Source: Bacteroidota bacterium (lineage in GTDB: Bacteria > Bacteroidota > Bacteroidia > Flavobacteriales > Flavobacteriaceae). Taken from it: DNA of 40,192 nucleotides. Below the pieces are notes generated by a model. The model did not search any database and had not been told where the DNA came from. It saw only the letters and a list, made by a program, of their open reading frames with translations. A program made the translations under genes and the position numbers. Of this stretch, positions 1 to 8,242 are shown piece after piece (positions within the stretch are counted from its first letter, which is position 1; the number at the start of each line of letters is the position of its first letter). The DNA is taken from assembly GCA_009936675.1 (NCBI GenBank), contig JAACDY010000172.1, positions 1-40,192 on the forward strand, read 5' to 3'.

Positions 1-91
1 CCCCTTTATCGTTAAATAACTGTATTTTAACTGTTTAATCTTCAATAATTTTATTACAATTTATTTTTTTGAATAATTTTATATTTGAAAA

Positions 92-598
92 ATGAATCTT
101 CCTCAACATCTTTTTGATATACAGAACGTCTCTTATGCTTTCATCAGCTTAATCCTTTTTTCAGTGTTGATGGGGAGCTTTTTGGTTTATTGTTTACGTA
201 CAAAAAACACGCACAAATCATACAAAGAGCAAATTGCTTTGTTGGAAGCCCGATCACTTAGGGCCCAAATGAATCCTCATTTTATTTTCAACGTTTTGAA
301 TGGTCTTCAGAGTATTTTGATCCTTAAATCGGAACAAGAAGTGAATCGTTATATGGGACATTTATCCAATTTGCTGCGCATGACTTTGGATTTGAGCAAA
401 AAAGAAGCCATCAATCTCGGTGAAGAGATCGGTTATTTGAAGAGTTATATCGAACTTCAGCGCATCCGCCATGGCCCATTTATTGCGATGAAAAATCTTG
501 GGACAGCCCATGGGTTGTTCAAGCCAACATCGACTTTACACCCACACTGTTTGCCCAGGATCAAAATCTTAATCAATACTATCAGGCCGAAAATGTAG
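92..598 (+). pseudogene. LytS/YehU-type sensor histidine kinase, 3'-truncated remnant (no ATPase domain)
   Basis: There is one N-terminal TM helix, then the His_kinase (PF06580-type) signature LRAQMNPHFIFNVLNGLQS and YLKSYIELQRIR. Recognisable similarity stops near aa ~128 (nt ~475) and the frame runs into unrelated sequence and a TAG. Only ~200 nt remain before the next gene, so no HATPase_c domain can be encoded. No LytTR partner is adjacent. Confidence 0.55.
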
Positions 599-637
599 CG
601 CAAATGGATCTGTGGCTGATTGACAATTTTTCCGACC

Positions 638-719
638 CCAACTGATGCATCAGTTGGAAAAACACCGAAAGGTGTTTCCCCCAATAATTGACAGGTGTGG
701 GTTCAATTTTGGGGGTTTT
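638..719 (+). terminator. Three consecutive stem-loops ending in a T-tract (intrinsic terminator or small structured RNA)
   Basis: A perfect 20-bp palindrome CCAACTGATGCATCAGTTGG lies at 638-657. A second hairpin AAACACC-GAAA-GGTGTTT (GNRA loop) lies at 660-677. A third, 13-bp stem CCCCCAATAATTGA/TCAATTTTGGGGG with one bulged T spans 678-715 and is followed by TTTTGCCTCCTTTTTTTT. Confidence 0.45.
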
Positions 720-794
720 GCCTCCTTTTTTTATTTACTATTTAATTGGTAAATAAAAAAAGTCCGAGAATTCCAATAATCACTACTTTAGACT

Positions 795-1490
795 ATGTTT
801 TTACGGGCTTTGATTGTAATGTTATTATGGGTAAGTGTGTCAATGGCACAGCGAAATTTACACGAGCGTTGGGAGGGTCAATTGGAGCGCTATGTTGCTC
901 CCACAGGAGCGATCAACTACAGCGATTGGAAAAAAGAAGTTCATGGGTTGGTTTCCTACCTCAAGGCCCTTGAAGATCATCCTCCACAGCCCTATTGGAC
1001 TGCTTCTGACCGCAAGGCATATTGGATCAACGTTTACAATGCTGCCACGGTGGCACTGGTACTGAAACACCATCCGCTTGAAAGCATACGCGACATTGAC
1101 AAGCCTTGGAAAACCGCTGTTTTCCATTGGGGAGATCGTTCTATGAGTCTGGAGCGCATCGAAAGGCAATTGTTGGAAATGGGTGATCCCCGTATCCTTT
1201 TTGCCTTGCACCGCGCTACGGCATCCGGCCCCGATCTTTCAAGGCAGGCCTTTCGGAGCAATACCCTAGAAAGGCAACTCGATGAGGCGGCAGTGAAGTT
1301 TTTGAACGACCCCGACCAAAACCAATGCCACGAGGACAAAACCCGGTTGTCAAGGATCTTTCTGTGGAACTTTAGGTATTTTGGTGCTTTGAAACAAAGG
1401 GTGACGCTGCTTCAAAAATACGGCTGTACGGGAGTTGATCAAAAAACAAAGTTTCGCTACCTGCCTTTCGACTGGCAGCTCAACGAATAG
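795..1490 (+). CDS. DUF547 domain-containing secreted protein
   Basis: It has the signal peptide MFLRALIVMLLWVSVSMAQ. The DUF547-type core is KAYWINVYNAATVALVLKHHPLESIRDI ... ILFALHRATASGP. Length is 231 aa, with ATG start and TAG stop. Confidence 0.8.
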   Translation: MFLRALIVMLLWVSVSMAQRNLHERWEGQLERYVAPTGAINYSDWKKEVHGLVSYLKALEDHPPQPYWTASDRKAYWINVYNAATVALVLKHHPLESIRDIDKPWKTAVFHWGDRSMSLERIERQLLEMGDPRILFALHRATASGPDLSRQAFRSNTLERQLDEAAVKFLNDPDQNQCHEDKTRLSRIFLWNFRYFGALKQRVTLLQKYGCTGVDQKTKFRYLPFDWQLNE

Positions 1491-1525
1491 TTGTCGTGCA
1501 AGAAAATTCTTTCAAAAAGGGATAC

Positions 1526-1708
1526 TCAATTGACAATGGCATAGTAGAGCCCAAAGATCATCACATACAAAAGCCCACAAGTGACCAAAAAGATGATAAA
1601 ATAGAGGGCTCCAGAAAACCAATCGAAGCCGTCCTTGAACTGATCGATAATCTTAATCGCAACAATCAAGCAACACAGAATAAAAAGAAATGATAAAATA
1701 TAAATCAT
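1526..1708 (-). CDS. Small hypothetical membrane protein (two predicted TM helices)
   Basis: This 60-aa ORF is very hydrophobic (ILSFLFILCCLIVAI ... FIIFLVTCGLLYVMIFGLYY). It is co-directional with, and downstream of, the rluB-like gene. The overlapping plus-strand ORF 1496..1693 is low-complexity and hydrophilic, and looks like its shadow. Confidence 0.35.
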   Translation of the reverse strand: MIYILSFLFILCCLIVAIKIIDQFKDGFDWFSGALYFIIFLVTCGLLYVMIFGLYYAIVN

Positions 1709-1808
1709 AAGCAGGTATTTAATAGCCTTTCGGGCATTGAGGATGCCTTAAAAAACTAAGATTAGGGTTACTACAATTTACGAAAAAAAAGAAGATTGTC
1801 GGGAGTCT

Positions 1809-2570
1809 CTAGGAGATCATATTGAGGAATTGGATTTCTTTGTCGGTAAGGACACGCCACCGGCCTCTGGGGAGGTCTTTTTTGGTCAATCCGGCCAGTA
1901 GCACCCGATCCATAGACATTGCCTTTAGAGATCTTTGTTCCAATATTTTTTTAAGCAAACCCGGGGAGAGATTGGAGGCTTCGATACCAATTTCCTTTTT
2001 GGTGGCCCCTTGGATGTAGGCCGCAGATTTGACCTTGTACACCTTGTCCCGGATTCGAATGCCTTTGGTCAATGCCTCCAGGTCGGCAGCCTGAACATTT
2101 TGATCCAAAATCACCTGATAGAGGGTAGGAAAACGCGATTTGGGGTCGGCCAGTTTCTGGCGTAGTTTTTCGTCGTTGGTCATCAACAGTAGACCGGTAA
2201 CCGTTCGACCCATATCCCCCACTGGAGGTACTTTTTCGGAATGGGTACTGCGGATGAGCTCCTGCACAGATTTTTTGATCTGTCCGCCTTGGGTAGTCGC
2301 TACAAAACCCTTGGGTTTGTTCATCAAAAGATATACGGGAGGACTGTTGTTAACCTTTTGGTCGTCATAGCGCACTTGATCTCCTCTTTGCACCCGCAAT
2401 CCCATTTAGGTCACCACCTTACCGTTGACTTGCACCAAGCCCATAGCAATCAACCCATCGGCCTCACGGCGCGAACAAATGCCCGCATTGGAAAGGAATT
2501 TGTTTAAACGAATCCCCTCAGGGGAAGCAGTTCCACCCTTGGGGGCAGATTTTTTGAAATTTTCCGGCAC
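1809..2570 (-). pseudogene. RluB/RsuA-family pseudouridine synthase with S4 domain, interrupted by an in-frame TAA at 2406..2408
   Basis: The upstream piece is too short for the ORF track. From GTG at 2570 it reads MPENFKKSAPKGGTASPEGIRLNKFLSNAGICSRREADGLIAMGLVQVNGKVVT, a typical S4 domain. TAA follows, and the same frame continues MGLRVQRGDQVRYDD...YLLMNKPKGFV...TGLLLMTND...DRVLLAGLTKKDLPRGRWRVLT. The start codon is uncertain. Confidence 0.8.
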
Positions 2571-2577
2571 GACTTTC

Positions 2578-3459
2578 TTATTTGTACATGAAATAGATGC
2601 CCAATACCCCCATAAGGATGTGGATTTTGAACATATTGTGGATCCAAAGGTACGTTTTTTGCGTCGATCTCCACCAGAGCAACAGCACTACAATGCCCAA
2701 AAAGACCACACTCCAATAGTAGTAATAAACCATCAGCCCCAAACCACTTCCAATGAGCCGGTAGATGGGGAAATGGGTCAATAGTATCAAAACAGTCAGG
2801 ATCATTTTGGTGGTGCTGTGTCCAAAAACGATGGGCAAGGTTCGGTAGGAAGTCACCCAATCGCCTTTGTAGTTCTCCAAATCCTTGACGATGTCTCGGA
2901 TCAGGATCAAGAAATACAGATAGAGGGCGTGATCAACGATCAGCCATTGAAAGTTTTTAAAATAGAGGGTGATGGCAAAAAAAGGAAAAACCACCAAGGC
3001 CGAGGCGATGATGTTACTGATCCAAAACAAGCGTTTGAGACTACTGCTATAGCCCCAAATGGCGAAAGTAAAAAATCCAAAAAACAACAGTGCTTTAAAG
3101 GAGACAAAACCTGCCGCTATCAGTGCGGCTCCGTTGAGCAAAAAATAGAGCATCAACTGACTTCTCAGTGAAATGAGGTGCTCCAACATGAATTTTTGGG
3201 GGTGGTTGATGCGGTCTCTTTCGGCATCGTAAAAATTGTTGATGATGAATCCGGCCGCGGTAGAAAAGGCGGTGGCCAAAACCAACGCAAAGAGTTGAGG
3301 ATCGAGGATTACCGACCAAAAGGGTCTTTGGGGGGCCAAAATGTAGAGGGAACTGAGGTATTGGGCGGCGATCAGCAGGGCAATGTTGTAGCCCCTTACC
3401 ATGGGAAAAGGTCCAAAGAGTGAAAGCAGAAAAGGACGAGGGGACTTGGGTGGGGTCAT
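2578..3459 (-). CDS. UbiA-superfamily polyprenyltransferase (integral membrane)
   Basis: It is multi-TM and carries the first Asp-rich motif NNFYDAERDRINHP and a second acidic patch IRDIVKDLENYKGD. I place the start at the ATG at 3459 (MTPPKS...), 4 nt after the upstream gene's stop, rather than at the track's 3567, which overlaps that gene by ~100 nt. Confidence 0.85.
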   Translation of the reverse strand: MTPPKSPRPFLLSLFGPFPMVRGYNIALLIAAQYLSSLYILAPQRPFWSVILDPQLFALVLATAFSTAAGFIINNFYDAERDRINHPQKFMLEHLISLRSQLMLYFLLNGAALIAAGFVSFKALLFFGFFTFAIWGYSSSLKRLFWISNIIASALVVFPFFAITLYFKNFQWLIVDHALYLYFLILIRDIVKDLENYKGDWVTSYRTLPIVFGHSTTKMILTVLILLTHFPIYRLIGSGLGLMVYYYYWSVVFLGIVVLLLWWRSTQKTYLWIHNMFKIHILMGVLGIYFMYK

Positions 3460-3463
3460 GGGC

Positions 3464-4393
3464 TTAGAAGTAATGAACCACTTCGAGTCGGTAGCCTTGG
3501 AGTGCCTTTTGGGCCGCCTCCAGATCTTGGGTAAATCCCAGCACATATCCGCCCCCTCCCGAACCACAAAGCTTTAGGTAGTAGGCGTTTGTTTCCAGTC
3601 CCTTTTTCCACAGCTCGTGAAATTGGGCTGGGATCATGGGTTTAAAGTATTGCAAAACCAAAGCCGACAGTGATTTCATATTGCTCAAAAGGGATTTGAG
3701 GTTGCCTTTGAGGAAATTTTCCACACAGCGGTCGGTCATTTGGGTAAACTCGTCGCGCATCATCTTGCGAAAGCCTTCTTCTTTCATGTTTTCCAAAAAG
3801 AGGGAAACCATGGGTGCGGTGACACTGCTGCCCCCACTATCTATCAGAAAAACAGCCCCTTTGCCTTGGGCATTTTGTGCGGGGATTCCAGTGGTTTCGA
3901 TTTTGTCCTTGGAGTGAATCAGCAGGGGCAAACTCAAATAGCTATTAAGGGGATCCAAACCAGAGGACTGGCCGTGGAAATAGGATTCCATAGCAGCAAA
4001 AATACTTTTGAGACGGCTGAGTTTTTCTGGGGTCAGATCGGCTTGGGGGGAAATTTTGTCCACCGCATAGCGGTCGTAAAAGGCGGCGACCAATGCTCCA
4101 CTGCTGCCCACACCATAGCCCTGAGGGATACTGCTGTCAAAATAAAGGCGGCGATCCAAATCGGCCTGTAGGGCCTCCCAATCCAAACGCAGTAATTCTT
4201 CTGGTAAACCCTTGAGGTATTCGGTATAGTCACACAAACTTTGGTGAGAGGCAAGGGTGACCTCGGTTTCCTCCTCGGCCCACTTGAGGGTTCCCTTAAA
4301 AAAATTGTAGGGAATGGAAAGCCCTTTGGAGTCTTTGATGATACCATATTCTCCAAAGAGTAGAATTTTCGCAAAAAATAAGGGTTCTTTCAC
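3464..4393 (-). CDS. GHMP-family kinase, mevalonate kinase-like
   Basis: The N-terminus is ILLFGEYGII, GHMP motif II is PQGYGVGSSGALVAAF and motif III is KLCGSGGGGYVLGF. It lies directly downstream of the diphosphomevalonate decarboxylase gene. The start is GTG at 4393. Mevalonate versus phosphomevalonate specificity cannot be decided by eye. Confidence 0.8.
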   Translation of the reverse strand: MKEPLFFAKILLFGEYGIIKDSKGLSIPYNFFKGTLKWAEEETEVTLASHQSLCDYTEYLKGLPEELLRLDWEALQADLDRRLYFDSSIPQGYGVGSSGALVAAFYDRYAVDKISPQADLTPEKLSRLKSIFAAMESYFHGQSSGLDPLNSYLSLPLLIHSKDKIETTGIPAQNAQGKGAVFLIDSGGSSVTAPMVSLFLENMKEEGFRKMMRDEFTQMTDRCVENFLKGNLKSLLSNMKSLSALVLQYFKPMIPAQFHELWKKGLETNAYYLKLCGSGGGGYVLGFTQDLEAAQKALQGYRLEVVHYF

Positions 4394-4402
4394 ACTACTA
4401 AG

Positions 4403-5473
4403 CTAATTTTTTTTGGCACCATTTCCCACTTGATCCTCAATGTATTGTCCCTGTTGACAATGAACAAGCAACTCTTTTTGGATAAAATCCATAATGGGAT
4501 TGCGGTCTTGACGGGGATAGAGCAGGTGAACATTGGCTCCCGCGTCAAGGGTAAAGCACAAGGGCAAATCTGTTTGAGCTCTAAAATCCCAGACTTTTTG
4601 GAGTAGGGCCAAGGTATTGGGTTGCATCAATACAAAGCGTGGATTGGAGGTCATCATCATGGCGTGGAGGGTAAGGGCCTCGGCTTCAGTCAGGTCAATA
4701 AAACGCTCCAGATCGCCGGTAGTGAGTGCAGCTTTAATCTCTTCAAGGTGGCTATGGGCTTGTTCAAATCGTTGGGCAGCAAAAGGGTGGCCCTGCATCA
4801 GTCCATGACCCAGGGTGCTGCTCACCTTTTTTTGTCCTTTGTCCACAATCAATACCGTGTCTTGATAATCGTGGAAAATGGGGTGCCATTCCACAGCGGG
4901 CGCAATGGCATAGTGGTCGTTGCTTTGGGGGAAAGCCTTGCTTTGTCCCCATACCATTAGGGGTCCTGCAATACTTCTTGCGGCACTCCCCGACCCCAGT
5001 CGGGCCAAAAATGAGGCTTTTTGCAAAGCAGCCTCCTCCGTCCAGAGGGGGTGAAACTGTTTTTCGAAATCCACGATACATAGCGCCAATGCTGCCATGG
5101 CCGATGCAGAGGAAGCGATGCCACTGCTGTGGGGAAAGGAGTTTTGGCTGGAAATCGACAGCCGATGTCCTTCCAAAGCTGGGAAATAGGGGGTGATCCG
5201 CTCCAAAAACTGTTGAATCTTGGGGTGAAATGCGGGTTGTTTTTTTTGTTCAAACAAAAAGTCAAAGGCCGTTTCACCGGTCTGACGCGGGGAAAAGCTT
5301 ACCGCAGTAGTGGTCACACATTGGGAAAGGGTAAAACTGATGGAGGGGTTTTGGGGCAGTTGCTGGCCGTGTTTTCCCCAGTATTTGACCAAGGCAATGT
5401 TGCTGGGTGCCTGCCATTGGGTCTGATAATGTCCCTTTATGGGATCATTGAAAACAAATGATTTCTTACTCAT
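4403..5473 (-). CDS. mvaD: Diphosphomevalonate decarboxylase
   Basis: Hallmark motifs are APSNIALVKYWGK and SSGIASSASAMAALA, plus LGSGSAARS. Length is 356 aa. Confidence 0.9.
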   Translation of the reverse strand: MSKKSFVFNDPIKGHYQTQWQAPSNIALVKYWGKHGQQLPQNPSISFTLSQCVTTTAVSFSPRQTGETAFDFLFEQKKQPAFHPKIQQFLERITPYFPALEGHRLSISSQNSFPHSSGIASSASAMAALALCIVDFEKQFHPLWTEEAALQKASFLARLGSGSAARSIAGPLMVWGQSKAFPQSNDHYAIAPAVEWHPIFHDYQDTVLIVDKGQKKVSSTLGHGLMQGHPFAAQRFEQAHSHLEEIKAALTTGDLERFIDLTEAEALTLHAMMMTSNPRFVLMQPNTLALLQKVWDFRAQTDLPLCFTLDAGANVHLLYPRQDRNPIMDFIQKELLVHCQQGQYIEDQVGNGAKKN

Positions 5474-5542
5474 GGATCACAAAGATAATTGATGGCCGGG
5501 GTGGAAAAAAATATAGCCGAATGAAAATGATTAGCTTTGAAG

Positions 5543-6025
5543 ATGAAAAGGAAGTTACTTTTTTCCATTGTCGGCGGTGTAATCGTCTCTATGTTGGTGG
5601 GCTTTTTGGCGGGTCAGGCCACACAAAGCTCCGTCAATACGTGGTATGCAAGCTTGGAAAAACCTTTTTTTAACCCCCCGAATTGGATATTTGCACCCGT
5701 TTGGACAGTGCTCTATCTGCTGATGGGGATTGCCGTGGGGCGGATATGGAATTATGGTATCCACCACCGCTGGGTCAAAAGTGCAGTTTACCACTTTGGA
5801 TTCCAACTCTTGGTCAATGGACTTTGGTCCTTAGTTTTTTTCGGACTGAGGAATCCCATCTGGGCTATGGTGGTGATTCTAGTCCTGCTGTTTTTGATTG
5901 TCAGAACCATACAACAGTTCAGAATCGTTGATCTTCTTGCCGCACGACTGCTTTATCCCTATTTGATTTGGGTTGTTTTTGCCACTTACCTCAATGCAGG
6001 GATTGTTTTACTCAATTTTTTGTAA
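5543..6025 (+). CDS. tspO: TspO/MBR family tryptophan-rich sensory protein
   Basis: WYASLEKPFFNPPNWIFAPVWTVLYLLMGIA is present, with five TM helices and many Trp. ATG at 5543 is preferred over the track's TTG at 5537. Confidence 0.9.
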   Translation: MKRKLLFSIVGGVIVSMLVGFLAGQATQSSVNTWYASLEKPFFNPPNWIFAPVWTVLYLLMGIAVGRIWNYGIHHRWVKSAVYHFGFQLLVNGLWSLVFFGLRNPIWAMVVILVLLFLIVRTIQQFRIVDLLAARLLYPYLIWVVFATYLNAGIVLLNFL

Positions 6026-6055
6026 ATTGGTATTGCAACCAAATCTATAATTATC

Positions 6056-6466
6056 ATGTTATCAAGAGCAACCTTATTCGGAACCCTTATTGGTTTTATC
6101 TTTTTGTTTTTTGGTGGGTGGATTTTTTACGACAGTCTGGCCACCGATTTTTTCTCTCAACACTATGTCAATATGCCCGCTATGATGGAGGCAGATATGA
6201 ACTATATCACCCTTGGTGTTTTGATAGAAGCCTACCTCTTGTCACTGATCTACGGAAAGTGGGCACAAGGGAACTACAACCTCCAGAGTGGCTTTAAATT
6301 CGGGGCTTTACCCGGTATTTTTGTAGGACTAGGTATCAATATGGTGATGCTAGGCACCATGGAATTACTCGACATTCAGGGCACTTTGGTCGATGCGGCA
6401 TGGAACGTAGTTTACTTCGGTATCGCAGGTACGCTAAACGGCTGGGTTTTCGAGAAACTGACTTGA
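6056..6466 (+). CDS. Hypothetical integral membrane protein (about 4 TM)
   Basis: The 136-aa ORF has clear hydrophobic segments (LFGTLIGFIFLFFGGWIF, ITLGVLIEAYLLSLIY, ALPGIFVGLGINMVML, VVYFGIAGTLNGWVF). I recognise no family motif. Confidence 0.6.
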   Translation: MLSRATLFGTLIGFIFLFFGGWIFYDSLATDFFSQHYVNMPAMMEADMNYITLGVLIEAYLLSLIYGKWAQGNYNLQSGFKFGALPGIFVGLGINMVMLGTMELLDIQGTLVDAAWNVVYFGIAGTLNGWVFEKLT

Positions 6467-6492
6467 ATTTAAACGTGTGGGAAATCAACCTT

Positions 6493-6518
6493 TAGGTTTT
6501 AAAACCTAGCGATTTTTT
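6493..6518 (+). terminator. Weak AT-rich hairpin plus T-tract after the membrane-protein gene
   Basis: The palindrome TAGGTTTTAAAACCTA (6493-6508) is followed by GCGATTTTTTC. It sits in the convergent intergenic gap. Confidence 0.3.
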
Positions 6519-6620
6519 CTAAGAGGAGGGTTATTTGGGATCAATCGACAGCAAGGGTTCCTCTAAAATTAGAGGAATTTTCCTACACTAAACGAGGGGC
6601 TAATATGGAAAGGATTCTGA

Positions 6621-6935
6621 TTATTCAGGAGCTAATTCAACTTTTAGTCCCTCTAGTTTTTTATCCATAGGAATTTGACCCCCAAGGCGGCTGTTTTCTT
6701 TAACGTGGAAAGCCTCGGACAGCATGGCTTCTTCATCTGGACTTTTCTCATTCAGGGGATGATCGCTCAACACATAGCACTGGCAAGAAGCACACATGGC
6801 CATTCCACCACAAGTCCCCTCCACGGGCAATTCGTAGGCTTTACACACCTCCATTAGGTTCATTGCCATGTCGGTGGGGGCATCGAGTTGATGGGATACC
6901 CCCTCCCGGTCAATTACTGTGATTTTGATTTCCAT
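6621..6935 (-). CDS. [2Fe-2S] ferredoxin, adrenodoxin/putidaredoxin type
   Basis: It has the C-x5-C-x2-C cluster motif (GTCGGMAMCASCQC) and a C-terminal NSRLGGQI block. Its ATG abuts the FNR stop codon (TAAATG). Confidence 0.85.
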   Translation of the reverse strand: MEIKITVIDREGVSHQLDAPTDMAMNLMEVCKAYELPVEGTCGGMAMCASCQCYVLSDHPLNEKSPDEEAMLSEAFHVKENSRLGGQIPMDKKLEGLKVELAPE

Positions 6936-7988
6936 TTATTCGATGGTTTTGATGGTTGATTTTTGGGCTTCTTTTCGACTGCCGTCGAATCCTGAAATTC
7001 CACTTACAGTAGTGTATTTGAGAACGTTTCTTTTGTCGGGATAAATGCGCTGGAAGGCACTTTGGCACATCAAAGTAGCTTCATGGAAGCCACAAAGTAT
7101 TAGTTTGAGTTTCCCCGGATAGGTGTTGACATCGCCAATGGCGTAAATTCCAGGAATATTGGTTTGATAGTCCAGACTGTTGTCCACTTTGATGGCGTTT
7201 TTTTCAATTTCCAATCCCCATTGGGCGATGGGACCCAGTTTGGGAGTCAATCCAAAAAGGGGAATAAAATAATCCACAGGATGTGCTAGGGAAGTTCCCT
7301 CATGGTTAATGGTTACAGAGGACAAGTGCTTTTCGCCCTCCAAAGCGGTGACTTGGGCAGGAGTGATGAGTTGGATTTTGTTTTGGTCTTTGAGGGCTTG
7401 CACTTTTTCTACCGAATCGAGCGCACCTCTAAATTCGTTGCGGCGGTGCACCAAAGTAACACTTTGGGCTATGTCTGCCAACACTATGGTCCAATCCAGT
7501 GCCGAATCCCCACCTCCGGCAATGAGTACTTTTTGATTGCGGTATTTTTCGGGCTCACGGATGATATAGTCCACCCCCTTGTCCTCCCATTTTGCCAAAT
7601 CGGCCAAGTCGGGCTTACGCGGTTCGAAAGTCCCTAAACCTCCAGCGATGGCAACAACAGGGGCTTGGTGCTGGGTACCCTTATTGGTGGTAACCACAAA
7701 GCTACCGTCTTTCTTTTTTTCGATTTCTTGAGCGGTTTCCCCCAACGTAAAACCGGGTTGGAAGGGTTGGATCTGTTTCATCAACTGATCGACCAAGTCG
7801 CCCGCCAAAATTTCGGGGCGGGAGGGGATATCATAGATGGGTTTTTTGGGATAGATTTCGGCACACTGCCCTCCGGCTTTGGGGAGGGAATCGATCAGGT
7901 GGCATTTTAACTTTAACAATCCTGCTTCAAACACCGCAAACAAACCAGTAGGCCCGGCTCCAATAATGATGATGTCCGTTTTGATCAT
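6936..7988 (-). CDS. Thioredoxin-reductase-like ferredoxin-NADP(+) reductase
   Basis: The FAD Rossmann motif is IIIGAGPTGLFAVFEAG, the NADPH motif is LIAGGGDSALDW, and AIGDV is present. Length is 350 aa. Confidence 0.9.
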   Translation of the reverse strand: MIKTDIIIIGAGPTGLFAVFEAGLLKLKCHLIDSLPKAGGQCAEIYPKKPIYDIPSRPEILAGDLVDQLMKQIQPFQPGFTLGETAQEIEKKKDGSFVVTTNKGTQHQAPVVAIAGGLGTFEPRKPDLADLAKWEDKGVDYIIREPEKYRNQKVLIAGGGDSALDWTIVLADIAQSVTLVHRRNEFRGALDSVEKVQALKDQNKIQLITPAQVTALEGEKHLSSVTINHEGTSLAHPVDYFIPLFGLTPKLGPIAQWGLEIEKNAIKVDNSLDYQTNIPGIYAIGDVNTYPGKLKLILCGFHEATLMCQSAFQRIYPDKRNVLKYTTVSGISGFDGSRKEAQKSTIKTIE

Positions 7989-7991
7989 GGG

Positions 7992-8237
7992 CTAGGCAGG
8001 GTCAACACTGACAACCTCCTCGATCTGAGGAACGTATTTTTTGATGGTCATCTCTACCCCCGACTTAAGAGTCATCTGATTGACAGTACAGGAAACACAG
8101 GCTCCGTGGAGCTTTACCTTTACCTTTTTGTCATTTTCGATAGCAACCAAAGAAATGTCCCCGCCGTCTGAGGCCAAAAAAGGACGAATCTCTTCCAATG
8201 CTATCAGTACTTTCTCTTCTATTTGTTGTGTATCCAT
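7992..8237 (-). CDS. NifU C-terminal-domain (Nfu-like) Fe-S scaffold/carrier protein
   Basis: LEEIRPFLASDGGDISLV and the CxxC motif in LHGACVSCTVNQMTLKSGVE are present. I place the start at the ATG at 8237 (MDTQQIEEKV), 5 nt after the Mrp stop. Confidence 0.85.
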   Translation of the reverse strand: MDTQQIEEKVLIALEEIRPFLASDGGDISLVAIENDKKVKVKLHGACVSCTVNQMTLKSGVEMTIKKYVPQIEEVVSVDPA

Positions 8238-8242
8238 TTGTG

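Noticed and set aside
457-684. The minus-strand ORF 457..684, and a plus-strand alternate-frame peptide (...TLFAQDQNLNQYYQAENV...) that faintly resembles the N-terminus of PorP/SprF proteins.
   Set aside because: Both are short, end within a few dozen codons and overlap the hairpin block. The resemblance covers too few residues to support a call.
1496-1693. The plus-strand 65-aa ORF in the gap between the DUF547 gene and the rluB-like gene.
   Set aside because: It is hydrophilic and low-complexity (K/N/Q/D-rich), and it is the complement of a strongly hydrophobic minus-strand ORF. If anything is coding here, the minus-strand membrane peptide is more plausible.
5543-6466. tspO and the downstream membrane ORF are in the same frame, separated by TAA plus 10 sense codons. 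This could be another readthrough or fusion case.
   Set aside because: TspO already ends at its normal length. The downstream ORF has its own ATG. A shared frame is a 1-in-3 coincidence, and the 30-nt spacer is too short to be informative. I know of no such fusion.
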